Part shown: one piece after another, positions 1-10,300 of the stretch
How positions within the stretch are numbered: the stretch's first letter is position 1
How the letters are laid out: each line of letters begins with the position of its first letter
IMG/VR virus record: IMGVR_UViG_3300045988_151421
Span: 1-36,148 of that record
Strand: one strand, 5' to 3'
DNA length: 36,148 bases
Origin: a virus
Made by a program: the position numbers and the translations under genes
Notes under the pieces: model-generated
What the model was told of the DNA's origin: nothing
The model's input: the letters and a program-made list of their open reading frames with translations, nothing else
Database searches by the model: none

Positions 1-13
1 AGTTTAGCCATTT

Positions 14-42
14 TACAAGATTAGTTGTTTACTTATCTTGTA
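14..42. repeat. Imperfect inverted repeat TACAAGATTAGT-TGTTT-ACTTATCTTGTA
   Basis: 12-nt half sites match 11/12 in inverted orientation around a 5-nt spacer. Confidence 0.6.
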
Positions 43-48
43 GCAAGA

Positions 49-77
49 AGACCAGCCGTTACAGCTGGTCTTTTTGT
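49..77 (+). terminator. Intrinsic terminator
   Basis: GACCAGC / GCTGGTC stem (50-56 / 64-70) followed by TTTTTG. Confidence 0.8.
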
Positions 78-123
78 TTTATCTTTTATTATAACTTAGA
101 TTTTATAAATATCAATATTACTA

Positions 124-152
124 TTGTAATTTTTATTCATTTACTTTATAAT
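124..152 (+). promoter_or_regulatory. Sigma-A-like promoter for tRNA-Gly
   Basis: TTGTAA (124-129), 17-nt spacer, TATAAT (147-152), 10 nt before the tRNA. Confidence 0.7.
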
Positions 153-162
153 ACTAATAAAT

Positions 163-238
<76 letters not shown>

Positions 239-290
239 TAATTTTAATTTTATTATTTTTTATTATTTTACATGTAATTTTATTATTGGT

Positions 291-320
291 AAAAATAGGC
301 TTGAAATACAGCTTTTTTAT
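291..320. terminator. Possible bidirectional terminator outside the left repeat array
   Basis: AAAAATAGGCTTGAAATACAGCTTTTTT; partially paired stem with A and T runs. Confidence 0.4.
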
Positions 321-369
321 TTTTTTATTTAATTATTTTTTATTGTTTTTTATTATATTCTTCAATATT

Positions 370-431
370 TGCATTAAAATTGCATTAAAACCCCAAATAT
401 AACTGCATTAAAAAATTAAATTGCATTAAAA
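370..431 (+). repeat. Left array of four TGCATTAAAA 10-mers; candidate integrase arm-type sites
   Basis: Exact copies at 370-379, 381-390, 404-413 and 422-431. Confidence 0.8.
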
Positions 432-438
432 ATTACAA

Positions 439-458
439 GGAAGCTATAACGCTCCCTC
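439..458 (-). terminator. Minus-strand intrinsic terminator overlapping the stop codon of the 40-aa ORF
   Basis: Minus strand AGGGAGC-GTTATA-GCTTCCT (7 bp, one G.U) followed by TGTAATTTTTAA. Confidence 0.6.
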
Positions 459-566
459 GATTTTCTTTTTTATGTATTTATCTATCTGCATGCTTTGCTC
501 TATTATATCATTGTATTTGCTATCATTTTTTATCATTAGTTCAAGCTTTTCCAAATCTTCTTTCAT
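444..566 (-). CDS. 40-aa Spo0E-like (Spo0A~P aspartyl phosphatase family) protein
   Basis: Translation MKEDLEKLELMIKNDSKYNDIIEQSMQIDKYIKKKIEGAL*. AGGAGG sits 8 nt before the ATG. SMQIDKYI fits the S-x-x-(L/I)-D-x-x-I signature. Not in the supplied ORF track because it is under 60 aa. Confidence 0.6.
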   Translation of the reverse strand: MKEDLEKLELMIKNDSKYNDIIEQSMQIDKYIKKKIEGAL

Positions 567-751
567 AAGCTTGTCCTCCTTTTTAATATAATAACAAATT
601 TTATGTGAAAAGTCTGTCGAAACTTGTCAAACAGCTAAAAACAGGCAAAAATTCAACGTATGAGAATGAGTTTTAAGGCATTTTAATTATTTTAGGATAT
701 AGTTTGTTGTCTAAGATTTAACGCATCCTTTCGCTATAGCGAAATTGGCAT

Positions 752-778
752 AAAAAAAGAGGTAGGATTGCTCCTACC
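752..778 (-). terminator. Terminator of the late operon
   Basis: GGTAGGA-GCAA-TCCTACC followed by TCTTTTTTT on the minus strand, just after the amidase stop. Confidence 0.85.
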
Positions 779-784
779 GAAAAT

Positions 785-1645
785 CTATCTGAATAATTTA
801 TTAAATGTATTCTTACCTACTATACCATCTTGTGACAAACCATTTCTTTTTTGAAATTCTCTTACTGCATTTTCTGTTGCAGGTCCAAATATTCCATCTG
901 CATCTATGTCGAATGAATGACATACTAACATTGCTTGAATTAAATATGTGATATTTCCTTCTGCTCCTATTCGAACATTTATACAAGCATTGTAGGTGTT
1001 AGTTCCAAATATTCCATCGACAGCTAACCCTCTATGATATTGTTTATTTAATTCTGTTTGTAGCCCTTTTACTAACGCCTTTTTCGTTTCATTTCCATAA
1101 ATATTATCTACTGAAATATTTAGTCCATATCTTTCATTCAAAGTACTTTGGATTCTTGCGACGTTGCCTTCTGAAACGTTTTCTTGTGGTTGATATATAA
1201 CTTCACTATTAGCCTCAGAATTTGAAATCTCGTTGAATGGAAATTTATCTCCTGGACAACTTGTTGCACAGACGTCTCTATGTGCTTGTACTGTTGTTAT
1301 ATTGTACTTGTTCTTCAAGTATGCAACTAGTTCCTTTCCAGCTTCTTTTTGAGCTTCTGGCATATCTTCTTCCATATAATTTCCTTCAAAGCATATTCCA
1401 ATAGAATTATAATTTGAACCATATGCATGAGCTCCAACTTTATCTTCTGGACGAAGTCTATATACTTTACCATCTTTTCTTACTAAAAAGTGGTATCCAG
1501 CACCGCTCCAGCCATTATTTAAGTGCCATCTATGAATGTCCTCGGCAGAACAGTTCTTTGCGTCTGCATGATGTAGAATTATCCTTTGTGTTGCTTTTCT
1601 TGTCAACATATCTTTGAATTGTAAGTTAGTTTCAATTATTTCCAT
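785..1645 (-). CDS. N-acetylmuramoyl-L-alanine amidase endolysin (Amidase_2 plus peptidoglycan-binding repeats)
   Basis: RIILHHADA...AGYHFLVRKDGKVYRLRPEDKVGAH...ISICFEG-type amidase core, C-terminal VRIQSTLNERYG / ITYLIQAMLVCHSFDIDADGIFGPATENAVREFQ. Confidence 0.9.
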   Translation of the reverse strand: MEIIETNLQFKDMLTRKATQRIILHHADAKNCSAEDIHRWHLNNGWSGAGYHFLVRKDGKVYRLRPEDKVGAHAYGSNYNSIGICFEGNYMEEDMPEAQKEAGKELVAYLKNKYNITTVQAHRDVCATSCPGDKFPFNEISNSEANSEVIYQPQENVSEGNVARIQSTLNERYGLNISVDNIYGNETKKALVKGLQTELNKQYHRGLAVDGIFGTNTYNACINVRIGAEGNITYLIQAMLVCHSFDIDADGIFGPATENAVREFQKRNGLSQDGIVGKNTFNKLFR

Positions 1646-1846
1646 CTATTTATCCTCCTTATTTGTAACAACTTTTTGACCTAGCAAATATGTACCAATA
1701 ACACCTTGAATAACAGCTATTATTTGTACTATTTGAATCGCATATGGTATTGTTATGCCATCTACAGCATTAATTCCTGCAACTAATGCACTTACTATTG
1801 CTAAAATGTTTGTAGTGTATTTTGCTATTTTCTTTAATTTTTCCAT
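1646..1846 (-). CDS. Putative holin
   Basis: 66 aa with two hydrophobic segments, directly upstream of the endolysin. Confidence 0.7.
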   Translation of the reverse strand: MEKLKKIAKYTTNILAIVSALVAGINAVDGITIPYAIQIVQIIAVIQGVIGTYLLGQKVVTNKEDK

Positions 1847-1861
1847 AACTTTTCCCTCCTA

Positions 1862-2188
1862 TTATTTAATAATTAAAGCTATAACAGCACCAACAATCGC
1901 ACCTACAATAGATAAGATTATTTTGTCTCTTATAGCTTTTTTAACTTCTTTATAGTCTTTTGCTGGCTCATTCTCTATGTTGCCAACACGTGTGTCCAAT
2001 TTATTTACATCCTCTCTCATTAACTTAACTTCTGTTGCAATTTCTTTGATAGAATATGTAAGTTCGTGGATATCTTCGAGTTTGTTATTTATGTCTTTAA
2101 ATTTGTCATCATGTTCGTCTAATCTTTTTGTATTAGACTTGCTTCTATCCTCAACCTCTTGAAGCTTGATTATATCTGACTTTTCCAT
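1862..2188 (-). CDS. XhlA-like membrane protein (coiled coil plus C-terminal TM)
   Basis: EVKLMREDVNKLDTRVGNIEN... coiled coil followed by IILSIVGAIVGAVIALIIK. Confidence 0.6.
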   Translation of the reverse strand: MEKSDIIKLQEVEDRSKSNTKRLDEHDDKFKDINNKLEDIHELTYSIKEIATEVKLMREDVNKLDTRVGNIENEPAKDYKEVKKAIRDKIILSIVGAIVGAVIALIIK

Positions 2189-2191
2189 AGA

Positions 2192-2428
2192 TTATTCCTC
2201 CGATTTTTCTTCTGTTCTTGCTGTTGTCTCCTCTACTATATTGTCAGTTTCTTCTGTATTCTCTATTGCTTCTACATAAACTTCTTCTACTTTTAGCACT
2301 AATGAGCTATATTCTTCATCACTAATCTTATTCATTGCATAGAATATATTTAGCTTGTTCTCAATTTGCTCTTTCTCTGCATAATATTTCTTTTCAATTA
2401 ATTTTAATAATAAATCTGATATTCTCAT
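2192..2428 (-). CDS. Small phage protein of unknown function in the lysis/tail module
   Basis: 78-aa ORF packed between the fibre and XhlA-like genes. Confidence 0.6.
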   Translation of the reverse strand: MRISDLLLKLIEKKYYAEKEQIENKLNIFYAMNKISDEEYSSLVLKVEEVYVEAIENTEETDNIVEETTARTEEKSEE

Positions 2429-2430
2429 AA

Positions 2431-5400
2431 TTACACCTCTTTCTCTAAGTCATCTTCTAAATTATCTAACAATAAAGCACTTGTCTCTGTTGTATTTAGC
2501 AAGTTCTCTATATTGCTTAATCTTTCATTGCATTCCTTTGCTTGATTATTAAACATTGTTTCAATATCTTTTTTGTATGTTATGTCTAGCGTTGCTAATT
2601 CGTTGTCTACACCAATGTTTGTGACATTCTTATATGTATATAGTATTTTATCTATTACAGCTTGTTGCTCTTGTGTATATGGTATTATTTCTTCTTTGTC
2701 TAACTTATATTGGATTGTTGCACCATTAAATTTTTCTTTTATAGTGTCTAAAGTATCATCTTTATTCCCTATAATTAAAAAATTTGAAGGATTTTCCAAA
2801 ATAGTATTTTCTGCTTGTGAAGATGATAATTTTGCTTTCGTACATAATCCATATGGTATATCTTCAATGGTTTTTCTTTTATTTTTCAAATATAGAACAC
2901 CTGCTACATTTTTGTTTTGGCTCAATGTAATTACTTCTAGTATATTTATTGTTGTTTCATTTACTATATTGTGTATTCCATCTTCTGCAAGATAACTACC
3001 TTCATAAAGTTTTTGTCCTTCTGCAAGTGGAAATATTATCGTTTGAACTTGACTTTTAGGGACTTCTCGAACGGTATCTCCTTCGTAGATTTCTAGGCTA
3101 TCCATATCAAGACACCAATAAGTCCCAGTTCCGTAAGAGAAGGCTATATGGTCAAAAGAAAAATTAATGTTAGTAGAAAATGAAAATTGTATCCATTCCG
3201 AACCTTTGGCCTGTGCTCTTGAATAACCGATACTTGCATTGTCTTTATTTAAAGCCATAACCCATAAATCTCCACCACTTGTAATAGATGTATCATATAC
3301 TCTAAATTTTCCTCTTATGACATATCGAGTATTCTTTTTATAATTAAAATGCAAACCTGAAAATCCTTTATCTCCTCTAAATGCAGTATTATTAAATACA
3401 ATACAGTTTTTTCCATCAATAATTTCTTTTCTAACACCAGCAGAGTAAAAATCTGACATTTGATTATATAATAGTTCTGCATTTCCGTAATTTTCATTAC
3501 ATTTTGTTATTTGGATATTTTCTTTTTTATAATCAGAATATATAACCTCTCCATCTCCAACTTGTACTTTCAGATTTGTATAATCAACATAAGTTCCAGC
3601 AACAACACTTGTATCTGTTGTAACGTACAATACAGCAGATATTGTATCTAATTCATCACTTAAAGATGAAGGAAGAGTAATATATCCAGTTCCCGAAATC
3701 GAAAGCACGACTCCTAACATGCTTTTAATAATAGAAGATGAATTTCCTGCAAATATTGATATTCTTGGTTTTCCGCTTTTAGTTTCTATATCAGCATGAA
3801 CTCCTAATGTTTTCCCTAATAATTCTCTGCCACCAAGTTTAAAAGCTCCATAAGTATAATTTCCAGCTTTATTAGCAATAAGCCTTATTCCAGTTTCTAA
3901 GACATTACTTCTTAGATTATTTGTAGCATTAACTACATCTTTATTTAAAATATTTATCTTGTCTCCAACATTTTCTATTTGGCTAAGAGTATATGCTGAT
4001 GGTGATGTTCCATATGCAACCTTATCAAATGTAAATAAATTATCACAAGTAGTTTGGTCTGGTTCGTTTCCTTCTCCATACAATTCAGTTAAATCTATAC
4101 AAATGAAATCTCTAAAATAAGCTTCCCACACTTCATCAGTATTCGAAGATTGAAACATTACTCCTATACTGCAGTTTGAAGATTCCGGTACTAAAATTGT
4201 CGAAACTGATGTTTCGTTTTGATAGATATTATTAGTAATAGCTTTGGCTGGTTGTGGATAATTGTCGCTTAGTGATACAGATAAAAATAGTTCTGCACAC
4301 GTCCACGATTTTTCTTTTATGCATTTCATTGCCACATAATATTTATGTCCTACTATCGTATTTAGTCCTTGATAAGCTTTATTAAATACTGCCGTGCTTG
4401 TGGATATTTTTAAATATTTTATTCCATTTTTGTTTACTACACTAAATTTAGAAGAAGCCTTCCACTCATTTAAATCACTCTTAAAATCTGCATTTTTTAC
4501 CAGGTTATTATATGGTTTTACTTTTTGATAGCTTTTACCTCTTAACTTCCACTCAAAATCCATATTTGAGCTATCTCCAAGATGTATGTTATTACCACTT
4601 GCATGTCCTTCTGGTATTTGTGATTTCAGCAAACTATTTTCTTTTTTTATTTTAGTCAACTCTTCATCAACGTCTTTTTTATTCTGTGCTATACCTTCTG
4701 CATTTTTCTCTATATTTTCATTCTGTGTTGTTTGTTCTTCTTTTATTGCTTCTATTTCAGCTGTTTCTCCAGTTGGTAACACTAGATTTAACACTTGGTT
4801 TGGTGCTTCTCCAGTTATTGTTGCTGATGGAACAGCTCCTTTCTCTACAGTTCCTATAGTTAAAGAGTTGGCCGGACCAGTTTCACCTTGTATGCCTTGT
4901 ACACCCTGCGGTCCTACATTTCCCTTCTCTCCTTTATCACCTTTTGGTAGCACTAAATTTAATATTTGGTCCGGTGCTTCTCCTATAATAGTAGCAGATG
5001 CCTCTTCACCGCTAGATACTAGTCCAATAGATAGCGAAGTAGTCGCTCCTGTTTCTCCTTGTATTCCTTGTTCCCCTTTAGGTCCTTGGTCTCCTTTTTC
5101 TCCCGTATTTCCTTTTGGTCCTATTGGTAAGACAAAATTTAATATCTGATTTGGCGATTCACCAACTATTGTTACAGAAGCTTCTTCTCCTTTTTCTACT
5201 CTTCCAATTTTTATTGAATTTATAGGACCAGGATTACCTTGTATTCCTTGCTCTCCTCTTGGTCCAACTTCGCCTTTTTCCCCAGTGTCTCCCTTTGGCA
5301 ATACTAAATTCAGTATCTGGTTAGGTGCTTGTCCTGTTATCGTTGCTGATGGGACAGTTCCTTTTTCTACTGTTCCAATTGATAATGAGTTAGTCTCACC

Positions 5401-5607
5401 AGTATCACCTTTTTCTCCTTTATCGCCCTTAGGTAAGATCAAATTTAAAGTTTGATTCGGAGCTTCTCCAGTTATTGAAGCAGATGCATTTTCACCTTTT
5501 TCTACTGTGCCAATTTCTAATGTATTTGCAGGTCCAGTATCTCCCTTTGGACCTGCTGGATAGACATTTCCAGTTAAGTTTACTGCATTTATAGGCATAT
5601 TACACAC
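2431..5607 (-). CDS. Collagen-like tail fibre / receptor-binding protein
   Basis: 1058 aa; repeated GxxGxxG tracts and five NSLxIGTVEKG...APNQxLNLVLP modules, then beta-rich C-terminal part. Confidence 0.8.
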   Translation of the reverse strand: MCNMPINAVNLTGNVYPAGPKGDTGPANTLEIGTVEKGENASASITGEAPNQTLNLILPKGDKGEKGDTGETNSLSIGTVEKGTVPSATITGQAPNQILNLVLPKGDTGEKGEVGPRGEQGIQGNPGPINSIKIGRVEKGEEASVTIVGESPNQILNFVLPIGPKGNTGEKGDQGPKGEQGIQGETGATTSLSIGLVSSGEEASATIIGEAPDQILNLVLPKGDKGEKGNVGPQGVQGIQGETGPANSLTIGTVEKGAVPSATITGEAPNQVLNLVLPTGETAEIEAIKEEQTTQNENIEKNAEGIAQNKKDVDEELTKIKKENSLLKSQIPEGHASGNNIHLGDSSNMDFEWKLRGKSYQKVKPYNNLVKNADFKSDLNEWKASSKFSVVNKNGIKYLKISTSTAVFNKAYQGLNTIVGHKYYVAMKCIKEKSWTCAELFLSVSLSDNYPQPAKAITNNIYQNETSVSTILVPESSNCSIGVMFQSSNTDEVWEAYFRDFICIDLTELYGEGNEPDQTTCDNLFTFDKVAYGTSPSAYTLSQIENVGDKINILNKDVVNATNNLRSNVLETGIRLIANKAGNYTYGAFKLGGRELLGKTLGVHADIETKSGKPRISIFAGNSSSIIKSMLGVVLSISGTGYITLPSSLSDELDTISAVLYVTTDTSVVAGTYVDYTNLKVQVGDGEVIYSDYKKENIQITKCNENYGNAELLYNQMSDFYSAGVRKEIIDGKNCIVFNNTAFRGDKGFSGLHFNYKKNTRYVIRGKFRVYDTSITSGGDLWVMALNKDNASIGYSRAQAKGSEWIQFSFSTNINFSFDHIAFSYGTGTYWCLDMDSLEIYEGDTVREVPKSQVQTIIFPLAEGQKLYEGSYLAEDGIHNIVNETTINILEVITLSQNKNVAGVLYLKNKRKTIEDIPYGLCTKAKLSSSQAENTILENPSNFLIIGNKDDTLDTIKEKFNGATIQYKLDKEEIIPYTQEQQAVIDKILYTYKNVTNIGVDNELATLDITYKKDIETMFNNQAKECNERLSNIENLLNTTETSALLLDNLEDDLEKEV
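4775..5553 (-). repeat. Five-module tandem repeat encoding the collagen/beta region of the fibre
   Basis: NTLEIG, NSLSIG, NSIKIG, TSLSIG and NSLTIG modules separated by G-x-y tracts. Confidence 0.75.
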
Positions 5608-5956
5608 CTTCCTTTCCTATTTGAGCTGGATATAATATAAGTTCTGCCGGTCCATTTTCATCATATCCTATTATTGTTTGATTTTCGTTTAATGATATTT
5701 CGTACCAATATGTCTGAGGTTTATTAATGGTTTCTCCTATTGTTGAATCTTTTTCTAAAATACAAATATCAACTTCATTCGTTGCCTTATCAACTACAAC
5801 TTCTTTATCCATCAAAATGTTATTGTAGTCCTTTTTTTCAAATACTCTAAATTTAATTTTGTCTCCAATCTTAAATTCATAGTTAGGAATTGTTAGTTTT
5901 ATTGTAGCTGCATCACCTCTTGATAATTTTATAGTCTTATCTTCAATTTCTATCAT
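5600..5956 (-). CDS. BppU N-terminal-like baseplate/tail protein
   Basis: LSRGDAATIKLTIPNYEFKIGDKIKFRVFEKKD resembles the BppU-N domain. Confidence 0.65.
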   Translation of the reverse strand: MIEIEDKTIKLSRGDAATIKLTIPNYEFKIGDKIKFRVFEKKDYNNILMDKEVVVDKATNEVDICILEKDSTIGETINKPQTYWYEISLNENQTIIGYDENGPAELILYPAQIGKEGV

Positions 5957-5971
5957 TATTTTATGTACCTC

Positions 5972-7381
5972 CTAATTTTTCATAAAACCATATATGTTTA
6001 AGATTGCCATTACTCTACCTGTATTCTGCATCGCTGTCTTTTGATTTGTGTTAAAATCACTTCCATACGTTGGAACCTTTCTTGTTGTTTGTATTATAAA
6101 TTTGTTTAGTCCTTTTGAAATATTAGAGCTAATATCAGATGTAATATTAGTCTGAATAATACTTCTTGAGGCAGATGGTGTTGAAGGCGTCCAATCGTTG
6201 CTTCCATTAAATATCTTTGTAAGCTGTGTTAATGTATCTTCAATAATATTTTGAAAATCACTTTCCCAATATCCTTCAAATTTTCCATCTAAAACTGCTT
6301 TATATATTCCTATGCCTCTCGTAAACCCCCAATTTGAATTATTCCAAAGTGCCGGTTGATGTATTATAGTTATATATGCTTTTGACACTTTGAAGTTATC
6401 TGGAATATCTGCGTATATAATAATATCAGACTTTGTAAATTTATCATTTGCCAAATCTACATTTAGTCCTAATGGCATTAATCCCTGGTATCCCATATTA
6501 CTCCCTAAATACTGTAGGTTTGTCATAAGTCCATCATCTGTGATTATTTTTGAACCATTTAAGAGTGACACATTTCCATATTCGTCTAACTTGAAATTCT
6601 TGGTATCTATAGTACCATTATTAAGATTTATTTTTGTTCCTTTAGAATTACTCACATAGTTTACAGAAGTTATAACACCAGTTTTTATGTTTTCTCCAGC
6701 TATTGTTGTACTTCCACCAGTTGACAGATCAGTAAACTTTACATAGTCTTTGGTTATTTGCTGAACTGTCCCTTGTAATACCGTAAGCTTCTCTCCTTGT
6801 TGCAGTGCAACAGTAGTAGAATATTGGTTAGACGGTACAAAGTCAGCTTCATCATAAGTTAATTCAGCTGTTTTGCCTAATTGACATATATATAAAATTC
6901 CTTCTTCCTTTATCCACCAATCTCCACTTGAATATGGAGTTACTGGAACATCGAAAAAAACTTTTCTTTCATGTTCATTGGTTACGAGTTCTGAATTTGT
7001 TAGTGCCATTGCTTGTACCAAAGATGTATCCTTATTTCTTTTCCAACCACTTTCTGAATATTGATATACATATCCTGTTTTCCTATCATAATATATATCT
7101 CCATAGTGTTCCGCTGGTAAACTCCAATTTATATATGGCTCATTTTGTAATGTTGGTATATTATCATAAAACCAGAGTGATACTTCACTCTGGCTATCTA
7201 ATACATCTTTTAAATTTAAGATTAAAGAATGTAATATATTATTTATTTCATTATTAATTTGCAATATAGATTTTTGAGCATACTCTACATTTTTCTTTAG
7301 TCCTAATAAGCCTGCAAAATCATACTTTTTTTCTAAATCTTGAGCATTTCTTACTCCGTTCGCATCTTGTTTACTTGCCAT
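5972..7381 (-). CDS. Phage tail/appendage structural protein
   Basis: 469 aa, location between fibre and internal protein genes; coiled coil plus WSLPAEHYGDIYYDRKTGYVYQYSESGW segment. Confidence 0.55.
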   Translation of the reverse strand: MASKQDANGVRNAQDLEKKYDFAGLLGLKKNVEYAQKSILQINNEINNILHSLILNLKDVLDSQSEVSLWFYDNIPTLQNEPYINWSLPAEHYGDIYYDRKTGYVYQYSESGWKRNKDTSLVQAMALTNSELVTNEHERKVFFDVPVTPYSSGDWWIKEEGILYICQLGKTAELTYDEADFVPSNQYSTTVALQQGEKLTVLQGTVQQITKDYVKFTDLSTGGSTTIAGENIKTGVITSVNYVSNSKGTKINLNNGTIDTKNFKLDEYGNVSLLNGSKIITDDGLMTNLQYLGSNMGYQGLMPLGLNVDLANDKFTKSDIIIYADIPDNFKVSKAYITIIHQPALWNNSNWGFTRGIGIYKAVLDGKFEGYWESDFQNIIEDTLTQLTKIFNGSNDWTPSTPSASRSIIQTNITSDISSNISKGLNKFIIQTTRKVPTYGSDFNTNQKTAMQNTGRVMAILNIYGFMKN

Positions 7382-7389
7382 ATTTCCTC

Positions 7390-10300
7390 CTACCAGCTTA
7401 CTTTTCCATTTTTGTAGACTGTAAAGCCTTTTATCTTCTTATATGCTTTTAATTTTTCATCAGATGTTATATTTAAAGTATCAACATATTTTGCTAACGT
7501 ACTTCTTTCTCCAGATGTTAATTTGTACTGCATTCCTAGAAGTAACAATTTCTGCTCATAAGTCATTTTAGCCGAATTAATATATTCATATACTTTTCTT
7601 TGTTTACTACTACTTATTGCCTTACCATTTACAGTTCCATTATCTACATAGTCACTATCAAATCCTTGTTGTTTGTATTTTAAATACTCATCAATATCTG
7701 TATTTGCATAATTCATTATTTCATATTCTGTGTCTTGTTCATTCTTAATATACGTTGAATATAGAGCTTTCTTTTCTTTATCACTATATTTTGAATTTAA
7801 TAATATTTGTATTTTATCTTTTTGCTTTAAACTCTGATTTTTATTAAGGTTTCCATTAGCTCTTTGTTTTTGAGTTTCCTGGTACACTTTCTGTTTGTAG
7901 TCAGAATAAGTCTCCGTTGATATATTGCTATTCTTTTGTTTAGTCTCTTCATTCATTGAAGTCCATTCTCCACTACCATTCTTATAATACTCTTGGTCTC
8001 CAATTTTAGCCGAATTTTGAGTTTTTGTGAAATTTGTATAATTTTGCAAACTACTTTCTGCTAGTTCATTAATCTTTTCTTGAATCTCTCTAACTTTAGC
8101 AGTCTTTTCCTTATTTGAAATATTGCTCATTTGTACATTACGCTTTTCTTTATACAAATTTCCCATTTCTTTTGAGGTATTATTTAAATACTTAAGCTGG
8201 ATTTCATCTTCATCTGTTGCCAATGGATCATTTGCAATTTGATTTTGCTTCTCCAAAGTTTCATAAAATTTACTTACATATTTATTTTTCAAGACACTAT
8301 CAGTTGTAAATTTATCTTTAAATACATTCTGTTTTGCTTGTGGTGTAATCATAGGTAGAAGAACGTCTCCTACACCACCTGAGTACTGGTCTATTAGATA
8401 ATTTATTTTCTTTGGACTAGCATTAATTTTACTACCAAGCCATTTACTAAATTCATCTGTAGTTTCATCATATTGGTTTTTAGGCAATTCTTTTTGCAGT
8501 CTACTTGATACTAGATCACTTCCATACCATGTTTTATTATTTTTAACTTGCATTATAGGTGCTAATATATTATCTTCTAATGGATTGTTTGGTGCTACCT
8601 GGTTTATTACAGTATCCTTAAATCCTTTCCATGCATCTTCATTACCTTCTATAGATTCTAATGTTCTCCTTGCTGCAACTCCGAATACACTTAGCACTCT
8701 TCCTTTAGGTATTCTTATAAACTTCCCTTCTCCAGTTTTAAACAAGTAATATAAATCTTTTGTACTTTCGGGTAATTTTTCATAGTCCTTATCATCATCT
8801 AACAATATATGATTTAAAATCGATGGTACAACGCCCATAAGTGTTGCTTTAACTAATAGATTTACATATCCTTTTGCTCCTTTTTGTTCCGAAAAATTTC
8901 TAAATTGTTTATCCAGTCCTTGTATAGATGCATTTAAAAAGTTAACGCCATTTCTATTTATGGCTTTTGTTATATCTCCTCCACGTTTAAAATTAGTAGT
9001 TATTTCCGCAGCATTATACAAAGCCTCATTTAAGCTTTTTCCATCTTCTAGTGTAGAAATAAATTCAGACATTCTTGGAAGTTGTTCTACAATTTCATTT
9101 GCATTTCTTATTTTTTCTACAAATTTATTTGGTTGTTTCTTTATACCCTCATTATAGTCAAAATAAGTATTTGTCATTCCTCCATTTGCCATATATGTTT
9201 CATAATATTCGCCTTTTGTCATAATCTCATTTAGAGCTTTCCCATAATTCTTTACAAATTTGCTACTGTATTTTGAATTAAACATTCCATCTTGAAAATC
9301 TTTAAAAAAGTTTGTAACTATAAAGATTGGGTTACTCGAAGTTAAAACACTTCTATGCAAACTTGTTACTTTTTGCAATGCCTTTACTGGCAATGTTTCT
9401 TCCAACCTGCTTCTTTCTGTCGGCTTTAAACTTTCGTATAAATTGTCATCTATTTTTAGCTTTTGCAATTCGCCATTTTCAAAATAAGTATAATACTTAT
9501 TACCCTTTGTATCTGTATCAATCAATGTATCTAATCCAAATAACATTGTTGGAGATAATTGAATTGAGCCTTCTTGCTCCACATGCGAATTTTTCAATGT
9601 TTTTGCAAGTTCTTGTCCTAGCATGTTTTGATTTATTAATCTTTTTATTTTTATTGCCTGTTGTGCCATAGTCTCTTTCAAAGGTTGTATATCTGCATTG
9701 CCTCCAGTTGCATTTTTTATTGGAGCATTTACACCAGTTTTATTTTTATCTCCTGCATATGTGCTGTCTTGCAAGTCTCTAGAAATAGTTACATAGTTTG
9801 GATACATTGATTCGAGATATTTAACCATATCATTACTTAATAGCCCTGCATCAACTAAGCATTGCAAATTGTTATGATTGAATTTTTTAATATCTTTTGC
9901 ATACTCCTTAAACTTAGGATATCTTTGTTCTAATTCCATTGCTATTGCTGTCGACTCGGCCGGTCCAATTTCAGAGCCAAAAACAAACTTGTTTCTTTCA
10001 CTTCTATCAATATTATGCTTATGTAATAAGTACTCGCTAAATTCCTTGGTAAGATTTTGTTTCTCTATTGGCTCCCAAATTTCATTAATAGATTTGCCTA
10101 TTTTCTTTCCCTCATTGTTTGTTTGAGCAACCCCAACTTCATATTGTCCTTCTGCAAATGAATTTAAATTTCTATCATACGCATACTTTAATTCCGGGTT
10201 GTTCGCTTCCTTAGATAGCTTATCTATATAGTGTCCTTTATTAATGAATTTCTGTGCTAATTCATCAAAACTGTCTTTAAATTTGTATTTATCATTTACA

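Noticed and set aside
370-431. CRISPR-like array
   Set aside because: The 10-mer units are too short and spacing is irregular (11, 23, 18), mirrored at the other end; arm-type sites fit better and no cas genes are present.
3315-3497. 60-aa minus-strand ORF inside the fibre gene
   Set aside because: Overlaps the 1058-aa ORF in another frame with no supporting signal.
4586-5149. 187-aa + strand ORF antisense to the fibre gene
   Set aside because: It mirrors the Gly/Pro-rich repeat coding on the minus strand, where open antisense frames are expected; no independent evidence such as an RBS or domain.
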